Below are positions 25,672-35,361 of a stretch of DNA of 60,137 nucleotides, piece by piece (positions within the stretch are counted from its first letter, which is position 1; every line of letters starts with the position of its first letter). The notes below the pieces were generated by a model. That model had not been told where the DNA came from. It worked only from the letters and a program-made list of their open reading frames with translations, and did no database searches. The translations under genes were made by a program, and so were the position numbers. Origin of the DNA: an uncultured Planctomycetales bacterium (lineage in GTDB: Bacteria; Omnitrophota; Gorgyraeia; Zapsychrales; Fredricksoniimonadaceae); contig CAZXSE010000007.1 in NCBI GenBank assembly GCA_964643325.1, positions 1-60,137 on the forward strand. The letters are read 5' to 3'.

Positions 25672-28600
25672 TTATTCGGTGGGAGTTTTCTGCTGCATCG
25701 GGATATGAAAGACATACGTGACGCCTTCCGCCAGATCGATCTCAGTCTTGAGCTTGATCATGGGAATGAGCGCCAGCGGAACTGTTGCCATATCAATGGA
25801 AATAGTATGCTTGCCCGCATCGACCTTCTTGAAGAAATACGCGCCGCGCGCGTCCGTGAACTGGCTGGTCTTGCCATCAAGGATCAGTTTCACACGGGTG
25901 ATAAAAGTATCCCCCGGATCGGGGCGCCCGGTATCATTCCTGTCCACATAAACAACGCCAAAGATGCCCGACTGCGTGGTCAACCCGAAATCAACGCGGT
26001 CCCGCAGGCCCTGACGCACCTCCACCCGCTTGGATGACGGCGTCGAGAATGTATATCCGACGGGAAGGCCGTTCACATCAGGCGCAACGACCGCGCGTTT
26101 GGCGCGCACCTTTGCATTGTACCAGCCATTGGCATCCGTAACAGCCTGCCTGTCCCCCACCTTGACCTTAATGTCCGGCATGCCTTGATCGTCGCTATCC
26201 TGCTTGCCGTTGCCGTTCTTGTCCTTGAACACAACACCTTCGATCGTACCTTGCGGGTCCCAGGACCAGGGCGAACCCCATGCGGCGCGCATGCCCATGC
26301 GCAGATCAAGCGAGTGGTACGAAGCGTCCTCGGTCCTCTGACCCCACACATCGCGCAAGCGGCTGTCAAGAAAAAGGTCGACATCCTCGACGGGGCTGTA
26401 CACGAAAGAGGCTGAGCCTTCGACGCTGTCTTCGCCGGAAAGATAGCTGTTATTGCCCCCGTACCCGGCTTCATTCTGATAGGTCAAGCCGAAGTTCCCG
26501 TGCAGCCGTTTTGTCAACTGATGGCTATAGGAAAGGCCTGTGTTAAAGACATTGGGGTTATAATCCTCGTCCGTCTCAATATCTTCAAGCCATGAATATT
26601 CATAACTTGCCGAATAATAAAGATTCCCGACGAGAGGGATGTTGAACCCGGTCAAAAGCCCGTAACGGTCATACTCGGACTGCGGCGAGAACGCGTAGCG
26701 GCTGCTCTGATAGACGTGGCCGATATAGCCCGATCCGCTGCGGCCATTCCAGACAGGCAAGGTGCGGTGAAGCCGCATATCCGCCGAGAAATAGCGGCGG
26801 GGGGAAATATCCGCCGGCGTGTGCGTATAATATGTTCCCGTGCTCAGCGAATGCTTCTCGTCGAGCTCAATATCGACCCTGGCATTCGCATCATAATTGA
26901 ACGCGTTCGGGTCATCGGGGTTCAGGCTCAACCGGTCGCGATAAACATCAAGCGAGGCGTCTGTCTGCGCCTTGCCAACAGGCACCTGCATGGCCCACAA
27001 AGCCCCGACCTCTCCCTGATTCGACGGATATCCCGTGACCGTCGTGAACTCCTTGTTGATATCCCTCAGGTTCAGGCTCATGGTGCCCCGGCCAAAACCC
27101 CACTTCGACCCGGCCAAAGCCGCCGTGGTCTTCTCATCCTTGGCGATCTCGGCGTTGAGCCTCATCTGGTCAATGACCTGCCACCCCTCGACGGAATAAA
27201 CGCGCTTGGTCAAGGCATCATCCCGATCGGGGCCGGAACCCTGGGCATAATTGAACGCATACTGCCTGTTCTTGTCCTTGGGGAACAGGGTGATCTTCGC
27301 CGCATCAATATAGAAATCCTCTTTCCCGGAGCCGCTGCCCAGGATATAACCGAACGTGCTCCGTTTCTGCCCGCGCGTCAAGGCAAGCCCGAGATTCTCG
27401 TCAAGAAGGTTCACATCCACATACCCGCCGAACAGGGCCGTTCCCGGCAAGGTCAACGGGCTCAAGCGGCGGTTAATATCAAAAAGCCTTATATTCAGGT
27501 CTTTGGTCCCCTCGACCGGAATGCCGGTAAGCCCGACGGTATAGGACGTTACCTCGGTGATCGGATGATAACCGGTCATCGTGGCAGACCCGTCCAGAAG
27601 GCCGTAAGGGGTCTCGCCCACGGTCCCGACGCTTTGCTGATAACTGGGATGATCCCTGCGCTCCAGCCCGTCGATGCTCGGGCCATAATGATAAGAGCTC
27701 CAATCATTGGAGTAGCGGAACCTGAACGGGACCGAATGGTCCACGCCGGTATCGATCCGCGGGACGCCCACATCAGCCCGCGGAACGATCACATCAATAT
27801 AAACAGTGCTGCGCGCCGGGGCGCCTGTTGACTCGTCCCAAATATGAACAAAGGTCGATCCCCAGCGCAGGGTATCCACCTGGATCTGATCGCGCGTGAT
27901 CTTCTTGATGTTCACAACCCCTTCATCAACGATCAGGAACTTGTCGATGCTCTTGCCTTCAATAATAACAGAAGACCCCATCTCGATCTTGACCACAGCC
28001 CTGCTGCCCTGGGCCGCGTTCATGATATCATTCAGCGTGATCACATCAGGCACGGCTTTCTTGGCAAATGCCACCGAAGTCTTGGGCTTTTCAGATACGG
28101 GAACCGGTGTCTGGGCAACAACTTTGGCCGGTGCAGCCTTTGCAGGCGCTATTTTTACGGCCGTCGCTTTTGCAGGTGTCGTCTTAACGTTCACAGGCTC
28201 AGGGCTCTTGGGAAGAACGGGCTCTTTGCGAACAGCGGTCTTTTCCGGAACGACCGCCGTATCCTGCCTGATCTGCACAGTCGCCACCGGAGCCCCCTGC
28301 AAGCGCTCAAGCTGCGCCCAGGATTCAAGCAATCGAGGATCCTCAGGATCGATCAGGCGGGCTGTATTCAGGCTCTGACGCGCCGTCTCAAGGTCCTTGC
28401 GGGCCAGTGCTTCTTTGCCTTTACGCAACATCTCTTCAAAATAAGGCAATGTCACCCGCTCCATGGATACTTGCGCGGGAAGAGACTTCTTTCTGTTCGC
28501 AATAAGTTCAATATACCGGGCAGGTTCTTTCGAGGAGGGGTCTATCTGCTGGGCCCATTTAAAATAACGGGCAGCATCGTCATCCTGTTGCTTTTCAAAG

Positions 28601-28722
28601 GCTTTAGTACCTTCTTTAATACAGTATTGATAGACATTCGACGCGTCCGCGCCGGCCGAAGGGCAAGCCAACGCCGCGAATACGAGAAAAAGAAAAACTC
28701 CTGTTAAGTGCTTCATGGTCAT
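25672..28722 (-). CDS. 1016-aa usher-like outer-membrane protein: TPR-like helices, pilus-formation N-terminal-like domain, beta-barrel-like core, SdrD-B-like C-terminal domains
   Basis: Signal peptide; TPR-like ARYFKWAQQIDPSS and ARLIDPED; GSTFVHIWD segment; aromatic amphipathic strands; GTIEGVVFKDKNGNGKQD and GVVYVDRNDTGRPD. Confidence 0.65.
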   Translation of the reverse strand: MTMKHLTGVFLFLVFAALACPSAGADASNVYQYCIKEGTKAFEKQQDDDAARYFKWAQQIDPSSKEPARYIELIANRKKSLPAQVSMERVTLPYFEEMLRKGKEALARKDLETARQSLNTARLIDPEDPRLLESWAQLERLQGAPVATVQIRQDTAVVPEKTAVRKEPVLPKSPEPVNVKTTPAKATAVKIAPAKAAPAKVVAQTPVPVSEKPKTSVAFAKKAVPDVITLNDIMNAAQGSRAVVKIEMGSSVIIEGKSIDKFLIVDEGVVNIKKITRDQIQVDTLRWGSTFVHIWDESTGAPARSTVYIDVIVPRADVGVPRIDTGVDHSVPFRFRYSNDWSSYHYGPSIDGLERRDHPSYQQSVGTVGETPYGLLDGSATMTGYHPITEVTSYTVGLTGIPVEGTKDLNIRLFDINRRLSPLTLPGTALFGGYVDVNLLDENLGLALTRGQKRSTFGYILGSGSGKEDFYIDAAKITLFPKDKNRQYAFNYAQGSGPDRDDALTKRVYSVEGWQVIDQMRLNAEIAKDEKTTAALAGSKWGFGRGTMSLNLRDINKEFTTVTGYPSNQGEVGALWAMQVPVGKAQTDASLDVYRDRLSLNPDDPNAFNYDANARVDIELDEKHSLSTGTYYTHTPADISPRRYFSADMRLHRTLPVWNGRSGSGYIGHVYQSSRYAFSPQSEYDRYGLLTGFNIPLVGNLYYSASYEYSWLEDIETDEDYNPNVFNTGLSYSHQLTKRLHGNFGLTYQNEAGYGGNNSYLSGEDSVEGSASFVYSPVEDVDLFLDSRLRDVWGQRTEDASYHSLDLRMGMRAAWGSPWSWDPQGTIEGVVFKDKNGNGKQDSDDQGMPDIKVKVGDRQAVTDANGWYNAKVRAKRAVVAPDVNGLPVGYTFSTPSSKRVEVRQGLRDRVDFGLTTQSGIFGVVYVDRNDTGRPDPGDTFITRVKLILDGKTSQFTDARGAYFFKKVDAGKHTISIDMATVPLALIPMIKLKTEIDLAEGVTYVFHIPMQQKTPTE

Positions 28723-28767
28723 ATTGTCTGACCGGCCAGGAAAAAGACCCGCGCCGTGCCCCTGTTC

Positions 28768-29574
28768 CTAGTCCCGAACGCCTGTTATGTCGGCACTTCC
28801 GGAGGCATTCTTCGTGATCTCTATTTCCTTAACAAGAACATCCCCTCCTTCAAGGTCCGCGTTAAGAACAAATGTGTATTTGCCCGCCCCCAGATCAGCG
28901 GGAAGAGCAAGCTCAAAAGGCGCCGCCTCCCCGGGCGGAACATATACTTTCTTGACCGATCCCCGGTCCTTGACGCTGCCACCATCATCCATGGCGTAAT
29001 AAGTAATATCTGCGATAAGAACAGCGTCCCCCTGGTTGACAAAGCTCCCGTTAACAACCGCGCCGTTCATTTTGAAATCCTGCATTGCGCACGACTTGTC
29101 CTTATTCTGCGACTCAATGAAGAACAGGACCCCGGTGCGCATGACGATATTGACGCCCGTCTGGTCCTGCAGAAGATCCCCTGTCTTCTCAAAGAAAAGG
29201 ACCCCGTAATGCCCGCCCTTGATATCCTGCGGCACATTGATCAGGTACTGGATCTTCTCCTTGGCAAAGCCGGCCAAGGTGACCTCTTGCGGCGTGATCC
29301 TGACCCATTCGGCCGCCGAACCCGGCATGATCCCCGCCGGAGAGAAATCCTTGGCCCCGTCGTAAGGAGCTGTGTACTTGAAATCCTCCCAATACAGACG
29401 GTATGTCTCCGTGTTCTTGGAGAGATTGTGCACCATGATCTCGCCGCTCACGCGCTCGCCGGGAGCGACCGAAATAACAAGCTTGCCGTGCTCGATCATG
29501 AGCTCCGCCGATGCCGGCGGCAGCGCGCAAAAGAATAAAGCGATCAGGGCAACAACGATCTTTTTGATCATCAT
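28768..29574 (-). CDS. PapD/DUF916-like periplasmic chaperone
   Basis: Signal peptide; VAPGERVSGEIMVHN, SAAEWVRITPQEVTL, INVP...GGHYGVLFFE; second Ig-like domain ending GKYTFVL. Confidence 0.65.
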   Translation of the reverse strand: MMIKKIVVALIALFFCALPPASAELMIEHGKLVISVAPGERVSGEIMVHNLSKNTETYRLYWEDFKYTAPYDGAKDFSPAGIMPGSAAEWVRITPQEVTLAGFAKEKIQYLINVPQDIKGGHYGVLFFEKTGDLLQDQTGVNIVMRTGVLFFIESQNKDKSCAMQDFKMNGAVVNGSFVNQGDAVLIADITYYAMDDGGSVKDRGSVKKVYVPPGEAAPFELALPADLGAGKYTFVLNADLEGGDVLVKEIEITKNASGSADITGVRD

Positions 29575-29598
29575 ATGTCTTCTCTTTTCCTGCTTCTG

Positions 29599-30963
29599 TT
29601 AATTCTGGTTCAGCGAGAACCTTATCGGCGCTTTATAGCTTCCGCTGGGAAGCCCTTTATAACCCTGGACCCTGTACACCACATTGAATTTCACCGGTGC
29701 GCCCTTTTTATTGGAAACGAACACCGGATACTCGCCGGTCTTGACCGAGACAAAGTCCGTGAACTGCGATGCGGCCTTCTCGCCTTCGACAACGCCGACC
29801 TTCATCGTGAAATACTCCGGAGACATTTCGTCGCCTTTGGCATTGCGCATCAGGGTGCTTACCTGTTGCGTGACCTGATAGGGCTTGTGCATGTTCGACC
29901 GGACCACGACCTGCACCTCTTTCTCCATCGGAGGCTGGTCAGGAAGCACCTGCGTGAAACTGATGCCTTCCGGCGGGAACACCAGGTCCATGCTGAACAC
30001 CGGCTGGATATGGACCTGCAGATCGACCTGGAATACGCTTTCTTTATCATTCGCCACGACGATATACTTCACCCGGCCCATGTAAACACCGGCCTCTTCA
30101 AGCTCAGCCAATTCCTTGGCCATGGAGAAATATACCGCGAAATCATCCTGCTGTTCCTGGCTGGAATAAACAAGAACGCGGTCTTTCTTCAGCGGCTGCG
30201 GATCACGCACGCGCAGCGCTTCAAGGACCTTGCCATCGGCAACAAACCGTACAACATCAGCGCCGATCTCCCTGCCGTCCTCACCCTGGGGCAGGAACTC
30301 GACCTCCTGATACACCTGGACCTGCTGGCCCATGTTCCCCGAGAATGTCACCTTGACCGCATCCTCAAGGCTCGCCGTGGCCCCGGAATCACGAACGATC
30401 ACACGCTCCGGCATATGCCCGCCGGAAACCATGACCTTCCAGTCTGCCGTGCTTTCCAGGGACACATTCACAAAGACCTGGGTCGGCGCGCCGCCGGCAA
30501 TAGGACGCAAGGTGAAAACGATCTTTCCCGAAAAGATCCCGCTCGTATTCAACAGGTCCGGCCTCACCGCATACGCGATCCGGAAAGAATCGCTCTCTCC
30601 GTTCTGGCCTGATGTATAAACAAGCTGTTCGCTGAAACTCAAGTTATCCGCATTCTGAAGATATAATGTGCCTGCCGCGTTGGAAGAGCTCAGCGACGCA
30701 CATTCAATGACCTGAAGATCAAGGCGCTCGCCTCTTTCATTCACGATCGGCTCAATGACCTGCTGAAAGACCTGATAACGATTGCCGTCATCATTGGAAA
30801 CGCGCAGGCGCAGCTCCTGATTGTTCGCAAGACCCGAGATCACGCGGCCAAGACGCAAGGAACCGCTGCCGTCCGTCGCGGTAACGGCCAGGGATGCAGC
30901 CTGAGCCGCTCCTGCACAAAGAACAAAAACTGCAACGGTCAATATCCTGAACATTTCTTTCAT
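29599..30963 (-). CDS. Secreted protein with three tandem pilin/Ig-like repeats
   Basis: Signal peptide; repeat ends SGIFSGKIVFTL, AGVYMGRVKYIV, SGSYKAPIRFSL; recurring YQV.Q motif. Confidence 0.6.
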   Translation of the reverse strand: MKEMFRILTVAVFVLCAGAAQAASLAVTATDGSGSLRLGRVISGLANNQELRLRVSNDDGNRYQVFQQVIEPIVNERGERLDLQVIECASLSSSNAAGTLYLQNADNLSFSEQLVYTSGQNGESDSFRIAYAVRPDLLNTSGIFSGKIVFTLRPIAGGAPTQVFVNVSLESTADWKVMVSGGHMPERVIVRDSGATASLEDAVKVTFSGNMGQQVQVYQEVEFLPQGEDGREIGADVVRFVADGKVLEALRVRDPQPLKKDRVLVYSSQEQQDDFAVYFSMAKELAELEEAGVYMGRVKYIVVANDKESVFQVDLQVHIQPVFSMDLVFPPEGISFTQVLPDQPPMEKEVQVVVRSNMHKPYQVTQQVSTLMRNAKGDEMSPEYFTMKVGVVEGEKAASQFTDFVSVKTGEYPVFVSNKKGAPVKFNVVYRVQGYKGLPSGSYKAPIRFSLNQN

Positions 30964-31148
30964 AGGAAAGCACGCTTTCTATACAATCAATGCCGTTAGA
31001 TATATAAAAAAATAGAACCGCTAAGTTCTATTATATCGTCCGTTTTGTCTTTGCAACAAAAGAAAGTTGTTTTTTATACTTTTAACAATACTGCCACGGT
31101 GATCCTAAATGTAGTGCCGCGCGGCGATATCAAGCCTCGCAAGAAGCC

Positions 31149-31772
31149 TTATGATACGGTCGCCGTAACGGTCAAGGTCCCGGTATACGTTCCCGCTTTA
31201 TCGGAAGATGTGAATACCTCTGTATTATCAATGCCGTCGTCCGTTTTGGTAACGATCCCCAACTGAACGCGGAACCAGACACCCGGAATGGTCGTTGATC
31301 CAACGGTAATGCCGTTCGTATCACGCAATGCCCTGGTGCCCAGGTCGGTAATCGTGGTCGTGGTCGCGTCCACATACACAAGTTTCTGCAAAGTGGCGGC
31401 CACCTTATAACCAAGGCCGTGGCCCGCTCCGTTAGGATTCGCGCCTTCCGCGTAATTGAGCTTAACGACCAGGCCTGGCAATGTCCCGCTATTCGTGACA
31501 TCAATGGCAAAGCCCTGCGACGTCTTCCAGATGCCCAAACCGAGATCATATGTCAAATTGCCAAAACCAAGCGTCGTGTCCTCCGGGGTCCACACAGTGC
31601 CCGGGTGACCGGCCGCGTCATACTGGAACGCATTCGCGTTGATCGCAATGATGGCCGTACTGGGAAGAATGGTCTTTAAGTGCCGTATGTGTTTATACGT
31701 TCCCGCCAGCGCCGGGCCGCCCGTCGCCAACAAAAAAGCCATCATCATGAATGCCGCTATGGTTCTTTTCAT
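31149..31772 (-). CDS. Pilin-like secreted subunit C
   Basis: Signal peptide; ends DKAGTYTGTLTVTATVS; close paralog of 32354-32968. Confidence 0.7.
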   Translation of the reverse strand: MKRTIAAFMMMAFLLATGGPALAGTYKHIRHLKTILPSTAIIAINANAFQYDAAGHPGTVWTPEDTTLGFGNLTYDLGLGIWKTSQGFAIDVTNSGTLPGLVVKLNYAEGANPNGAGHGLGYKVAATLQKLVYVDATTTTITDLGTRALRDTNGITVGSTTIPGVWFRVQLGIVTKTDDGIDNTEVFTSSDKAGTYTGTLTVTATVS

Positions 31773-32344
31773 TTTGTCACCACTGTTATGGTCAGTGTGC
31801 CCTGATAAGTGCCGGCATGATCCGCATTAGTGAATACCTCAGCACCGCTGACAACAGGATCCCCTGTATAGATCCCGACATACATCTTGATGTTATGATC
31901 CGATGGTCTGTCCGGGATCGTCAATCCATTAACATTCCGGATCGCCCTCGCAGGCATGATATCAACCTCGGTCGTGCCGATAATATCCTTGAACGCGATC
32001 GCTGTCTTATAACCAAGACCGTGCCCGCTATATCCAGCTGTCGTGTTAGGATTCTCTCCCTCGGTGTATTCCAATGATACATCACCGTTGAGCGTAATAT
32101 AATACCCTTTGGATGCTATCCATATCCCATACTCGGGATTGAAACTCAATGTCCCGAAGTCCCATGTCAGATCAGTGTCTTTGACAGGACCCTGGCCGAT
32201 AATGCCTTCCTCTACAACACCGCCGTTGAAAACTTCCGGAACATCGGCTGTGACGATAAAGGTCTTGGCATCACCGGCCAGAGCCTGGCCTGCCTGTGCG
32301 GCTAAGAACACCACCATGACTATGAGGTTCAGTAGCATCCTCAT
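31769..32344 (-). CDS. Pilin-like secreted subunit B
   Basis: Signal peptide, KTFIVTADVP strand, GHGLGYK motif, ends DHAGTYQGTLTITVVTK. Confidence 0.7.
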   Translation of the reverse strand: MRMLLNLIVMVVFLAAQAGQALAGDAKTFIVTADVPEVFNGGVVEEGIIGQGPVKDTDLTWDFGTLSFNPEYGIWIASKGYYITLNGDVSLEYTEGENPNTTAGYSGHGLGYKTAIAFKDIIGTTEVDIMPARAIRNVNGLTIPDRPSDHNIKMYVGIYTGDPVVSGAEVFTNADHAGTYQGTLTITVVTK

Positions 32345-32353
32345 GATGTCACC

Positions 32354-32968
32354 TTATGATACGGTCGCCGTAACGGTTAACGTACCGGTATATGTACCTG
32401 CTTTATCCGTTGATGTGAACACTTCCGTATTCGCAACACCGTCATCCGTGTTCGTCACAACACCCAGCTGGACGCGGAACCATGTTCCGGCAACCGTCGT
32501 AGATCCGACCGTGATGCCGTTGGTATCCTTCAACGCCTTGACACCCAGCGAAGTGACCGTCGTTCCGGTCGAGCTGTAAACAAGCTTCAGCAACGTAGCC
32601 GCGACCTTATAACCAAGGCCATGGCCTGCCCCGTTGGGGTTCGTGCCTTCCGCGTAATTCAGCTTGACGACCAAGCCGGCCGCGGTGCCGTTGTTCGCCG
32701 CATCGATCGCGAAACCCTGCGCTGTCTTCCAGATACCCAGACCCGGATCATACGTCAGATTACCGAAGCCAAGTGTTGTATCTTCCGCGGTCCACACAGT
32801 ACCCGGGTTACCGGCCGCGTCATACTGGAACGCATTCGCATCGATCGCAATGATAGACGCACTCGGTAACGTTGTTGAAACAACGAACGCCTTCGAATCT
32901 GCCCAGGCGCCTCCCGCCTGAACCGCCAGCACGAAGCCAGCTACTATGAAACTGATTAACTTTTTCAT
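32354..32968 (-). CDS. Pilin-like secreted subunit A (probable major subunit)
   Basis: Strong RBS CAGGAGG before ATG 32968; KAFVVSTTLP strand; ends DKAGTYTGTLTVTATVS. Confidence 0.72.
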   Translation of the reverse strand: MKKLISFIVAGFVLAVQAGGAWADSKAFVVSTTLPSASIIAIDANAFQYDAAGNPGTVWTAEDTTLGFGNLTYDPGLGIWKTAQGFAIDAANNGTAAGLVVKLNYAEGTNPNGAGHGLGYKVAATLLKLVYSSTGTTVTSLGVKALKDTNGITVGSTTVAGTWFRVQLGVVTNTDDGVANTEVFTSTDKAGTYTGTLTVTATVS

Positions 32969-33486
32969 AACTACCTCCTGTTTTATTAACATTTTTGTTT
33001 TTCCTGGTTTGTACCTTTAAAATATAGCTTCAAAGCTAAAGATCGAGCTTTGTGAATTAGGGTGGCATCGCAGCATCGAAAATACCCGAAATCTGACTGG
33101 AATGCCGTATTGGTTATGCTATGACAACAGTAGATGGCACAAACATAACACACATGTCAAGGAATGACAAGGGCTACACAACCCCATTTTGGAAGTGTGA
33201 ATCATACCATAAAGGTGGAAGTTGTTGCAAGTACTTTAATTAGGGACAAAATAGCTGCGTTTCCCCGACGCAGAATATTTTTATAATAAACACCTGCTTT
33301 CCCTAATATAGCCAAATAGCTTTCCAGGGGCGTTTTACCCTGCCCAACCTATTGCGGTTGGTCATCCCCATATGCACTACATATAGTTCATCGTTTCTGG
33401 ACGAAAAAGGCTCTCTGGAACATATAAACAGCCCCCTGCAGCTATTGAGGCCACAGAGGGCTGTCAAGACTCTTCAAAGCACGATC

Positions 33487-35103
33487 TTACGCTTTGGACG
33501 AACCGATATACTTGAAACAATGCGCAATGTGCTCTTTGCTCATCTTCTTGGTCAACAGACTGACAATAACTGCTGTCAAGGCCGATGCCGGCAATGCAAT
33601 AAGTATTGGATCAACAACCGGCCACGGCATGGGCGCAAGTGTCGGCTTCTGGAAAAGAAGTTGGCAAAGCCCGATGGCCTCGGATTCTTTCTTGTGCACG
33701 AACAGGAACAATACAACATTGAGCGTGAACCCGACCACCATGCTGGAGATCGCTCCTGCTTTTGTCATGCCCTTCCAGAACAATCCACCCGCGTAGGCCG
33801 GCAAGAACGTCCCCGCGCATAACCCGAAGAAAATGGCGGTCGCGATCGCGATCACGCCCGGCGGCAATTTATAACCCAGCGCCACAGTCACAAGCACGCC
33901 GATCAGGATGCCGATGCGTGTGAACAACACCGTGTTGATCGAATCCTTGCCCTTGAGGATGCCGCGCTCGAACACATCGCGCCCGATGGCCGTTCCCATG
34001 GTATGGAACTGCGAGCTCGACGTGGACATGGCCGCGGATAACAGTGTCAGCATGAACACATAAACGAACCACACCGGCATGCTGCTATTGATATACATCG
34101 GAATGATCTTGTCCACATTACCACCTGCCACGTCCATGGCGATCTTGCCAAAGCGCGGGTCGTTAAGAAAATACACATTCGTCAGCGCGCCGACGACAAA
34201 AGCCACGCCCGTCATCATCAGGATGAAGACCCCGCCCACCATGACCCCGCGGTTGATCTCCTTGTCGCTCTTGACCATCATGAAACGCACCACCAACTGC
34301 GGCTGGGCCAGAACGCCGATACCCACGCCCATGACGATCGTCGAGACCAGGGTCCACCACAAGCCCGAGCCCGCGGCCGGCATGGCTGTCCAACCCAAAT
34401 GCCCCATCTGCGCCAGTTTCGCCGGGACCTTATCCGCAATAGCACCCAAAGCCTGATGCGCCGCAACAACGCCGCCCATCTGCATGTAGGTCATGACCAG
34501 CAAAAAGATCATGCCCACGAACATGATAGAACCCTGCAACGCGTCCGTGTACATAACACCCTTGATCCCGCCCGCAAAAACATACGCGACGATGATGAGA
34601 ACATAAACAAGCATCGCCACATTGAAATCAAGAGTGCCCGGGAACGTTGCCTCCAAAAAGCGCGCCGCGCCGATAACAACGGCTGAAGCGTACAGCGGCA
34701 TGAACACGAATATCACAAGCCCCGCGAACCATTGAATGAACGACGACTGATAACGCTTGCCCAAAAGTTCCGGGAACGTGTGCGCCTCGAGGCTGTGCCC
34801 CATCTTGCGCGTGCGCTTGCCGAACAAGATGAAGGCAATGATGATCCCGGCAATGATGTTAAGCACGGTCAACCACAACAGCCCCATGCCGAACATGGCC
34901 GCTACGCCGCCAAAGCCGACGATGGCAGAGGTGCTGATAAAGGTCGCGCCATAGGAAAGCGCCATGATGACCGGATGCACATTACGCCCGGCGACCAGAT
35001 AATCCAGCGCGTTCTTGGTCTGGCGGTAACCGTAATATCCCAATGATGCGATCATGAACAGGTAAACAACGACGATAACGGTCAGCAAAAAGATATTGTT
35101 CAT
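33487..35103 (-). CDS. Sodium:solute symporter (SSS family)
   Basis: DYLVAGR, ALSYGATFISTSAIVGFGG, QPQLVVRFM, LLSAAMST. Confidence 0.93.
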   Translation of the reverse strand: MNNIFLLTVIVVVYLFMIASLGYYGYRQTKNALDYLVAGRNVHPVIMALSYGATFISTSAIVGFGGVAAMFGMGLLWLTVLNIIAGIIIAFILFGKRTRKMGHSLEAHTFPELLGKRYQSSFIQWFAGLVIFVFMPLYASAVVIGAARFLEATFPGTLDFNVAMLVYVLIIVAYVFAGGIKGVMYTDALQGSIMFVGMIFLLVMTYMQMGGVVAAHQALGAIADKVPAKLAQMGHLGWTAMPAAGSGLWWTLVSTIVMGVGIGVLAQPQLVVRFMMVKSDKEINRGVMVGGVFILMMTGVAFVVGALTNVYFLNDPRFGKIAMDVAGGNVDKIIPMYINSSMPVWFVYVFMLTLLSAAMSTSSSQFHTMGTAIGRDVFERGILKGKDSINTVLFTRIGILIGVLVTVALGYKLPPGVIAIATAIFFGLCAGTFLPAYAGGLFWKGMTKAGAISSMVVGFTLNVVLFLFVHKKESEAIGLCQLLFQKPTLAPMPWPVVDPILIALPASALTAVIVSLLTKKMSKEHIAHCFKYIGSSKA

Positions 35104-35270
35104 AAAGTATCCTCGACTTTCTTCTCGCCTTCGACCCAGGCCTTATCCTCATGATGGATCGGCTCATCGCCCTTGTTCCAGTTCAGGACCCCATACACAA
35201 TACAGAACGCCGCGCTCAAGATACACAGCAAATAAGCGCCCCACACCTGCGGATCAGCAATGCCGAACAT
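35100..35270 (-). CDS. SSS symporter small accessory protein, 56 aa (not in the ORF track)
   Basis: Manual translation MFGIADPQVWGAYLLCILSAAFCIVYGVLNWNKGDEPIHHEDKAWVEGEKKVEDTL; ATGA coupling to the symporter. Confidence 0.85.
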   Translation of the reverse strand: MFGIADPQVWGAYLLCILSAAFCIVYGVLNWNKGDEPIHHEDKAWVEGEKKVEDTL

Positions 35271-35361
35271 ACGCTTTCCTCCTTGATTGGCCTGATATCC
35301 AGATAATCACAAAACTCTAATATTGCGCATTTTAACCCAGACAGGAATTTCACGCAACTAT

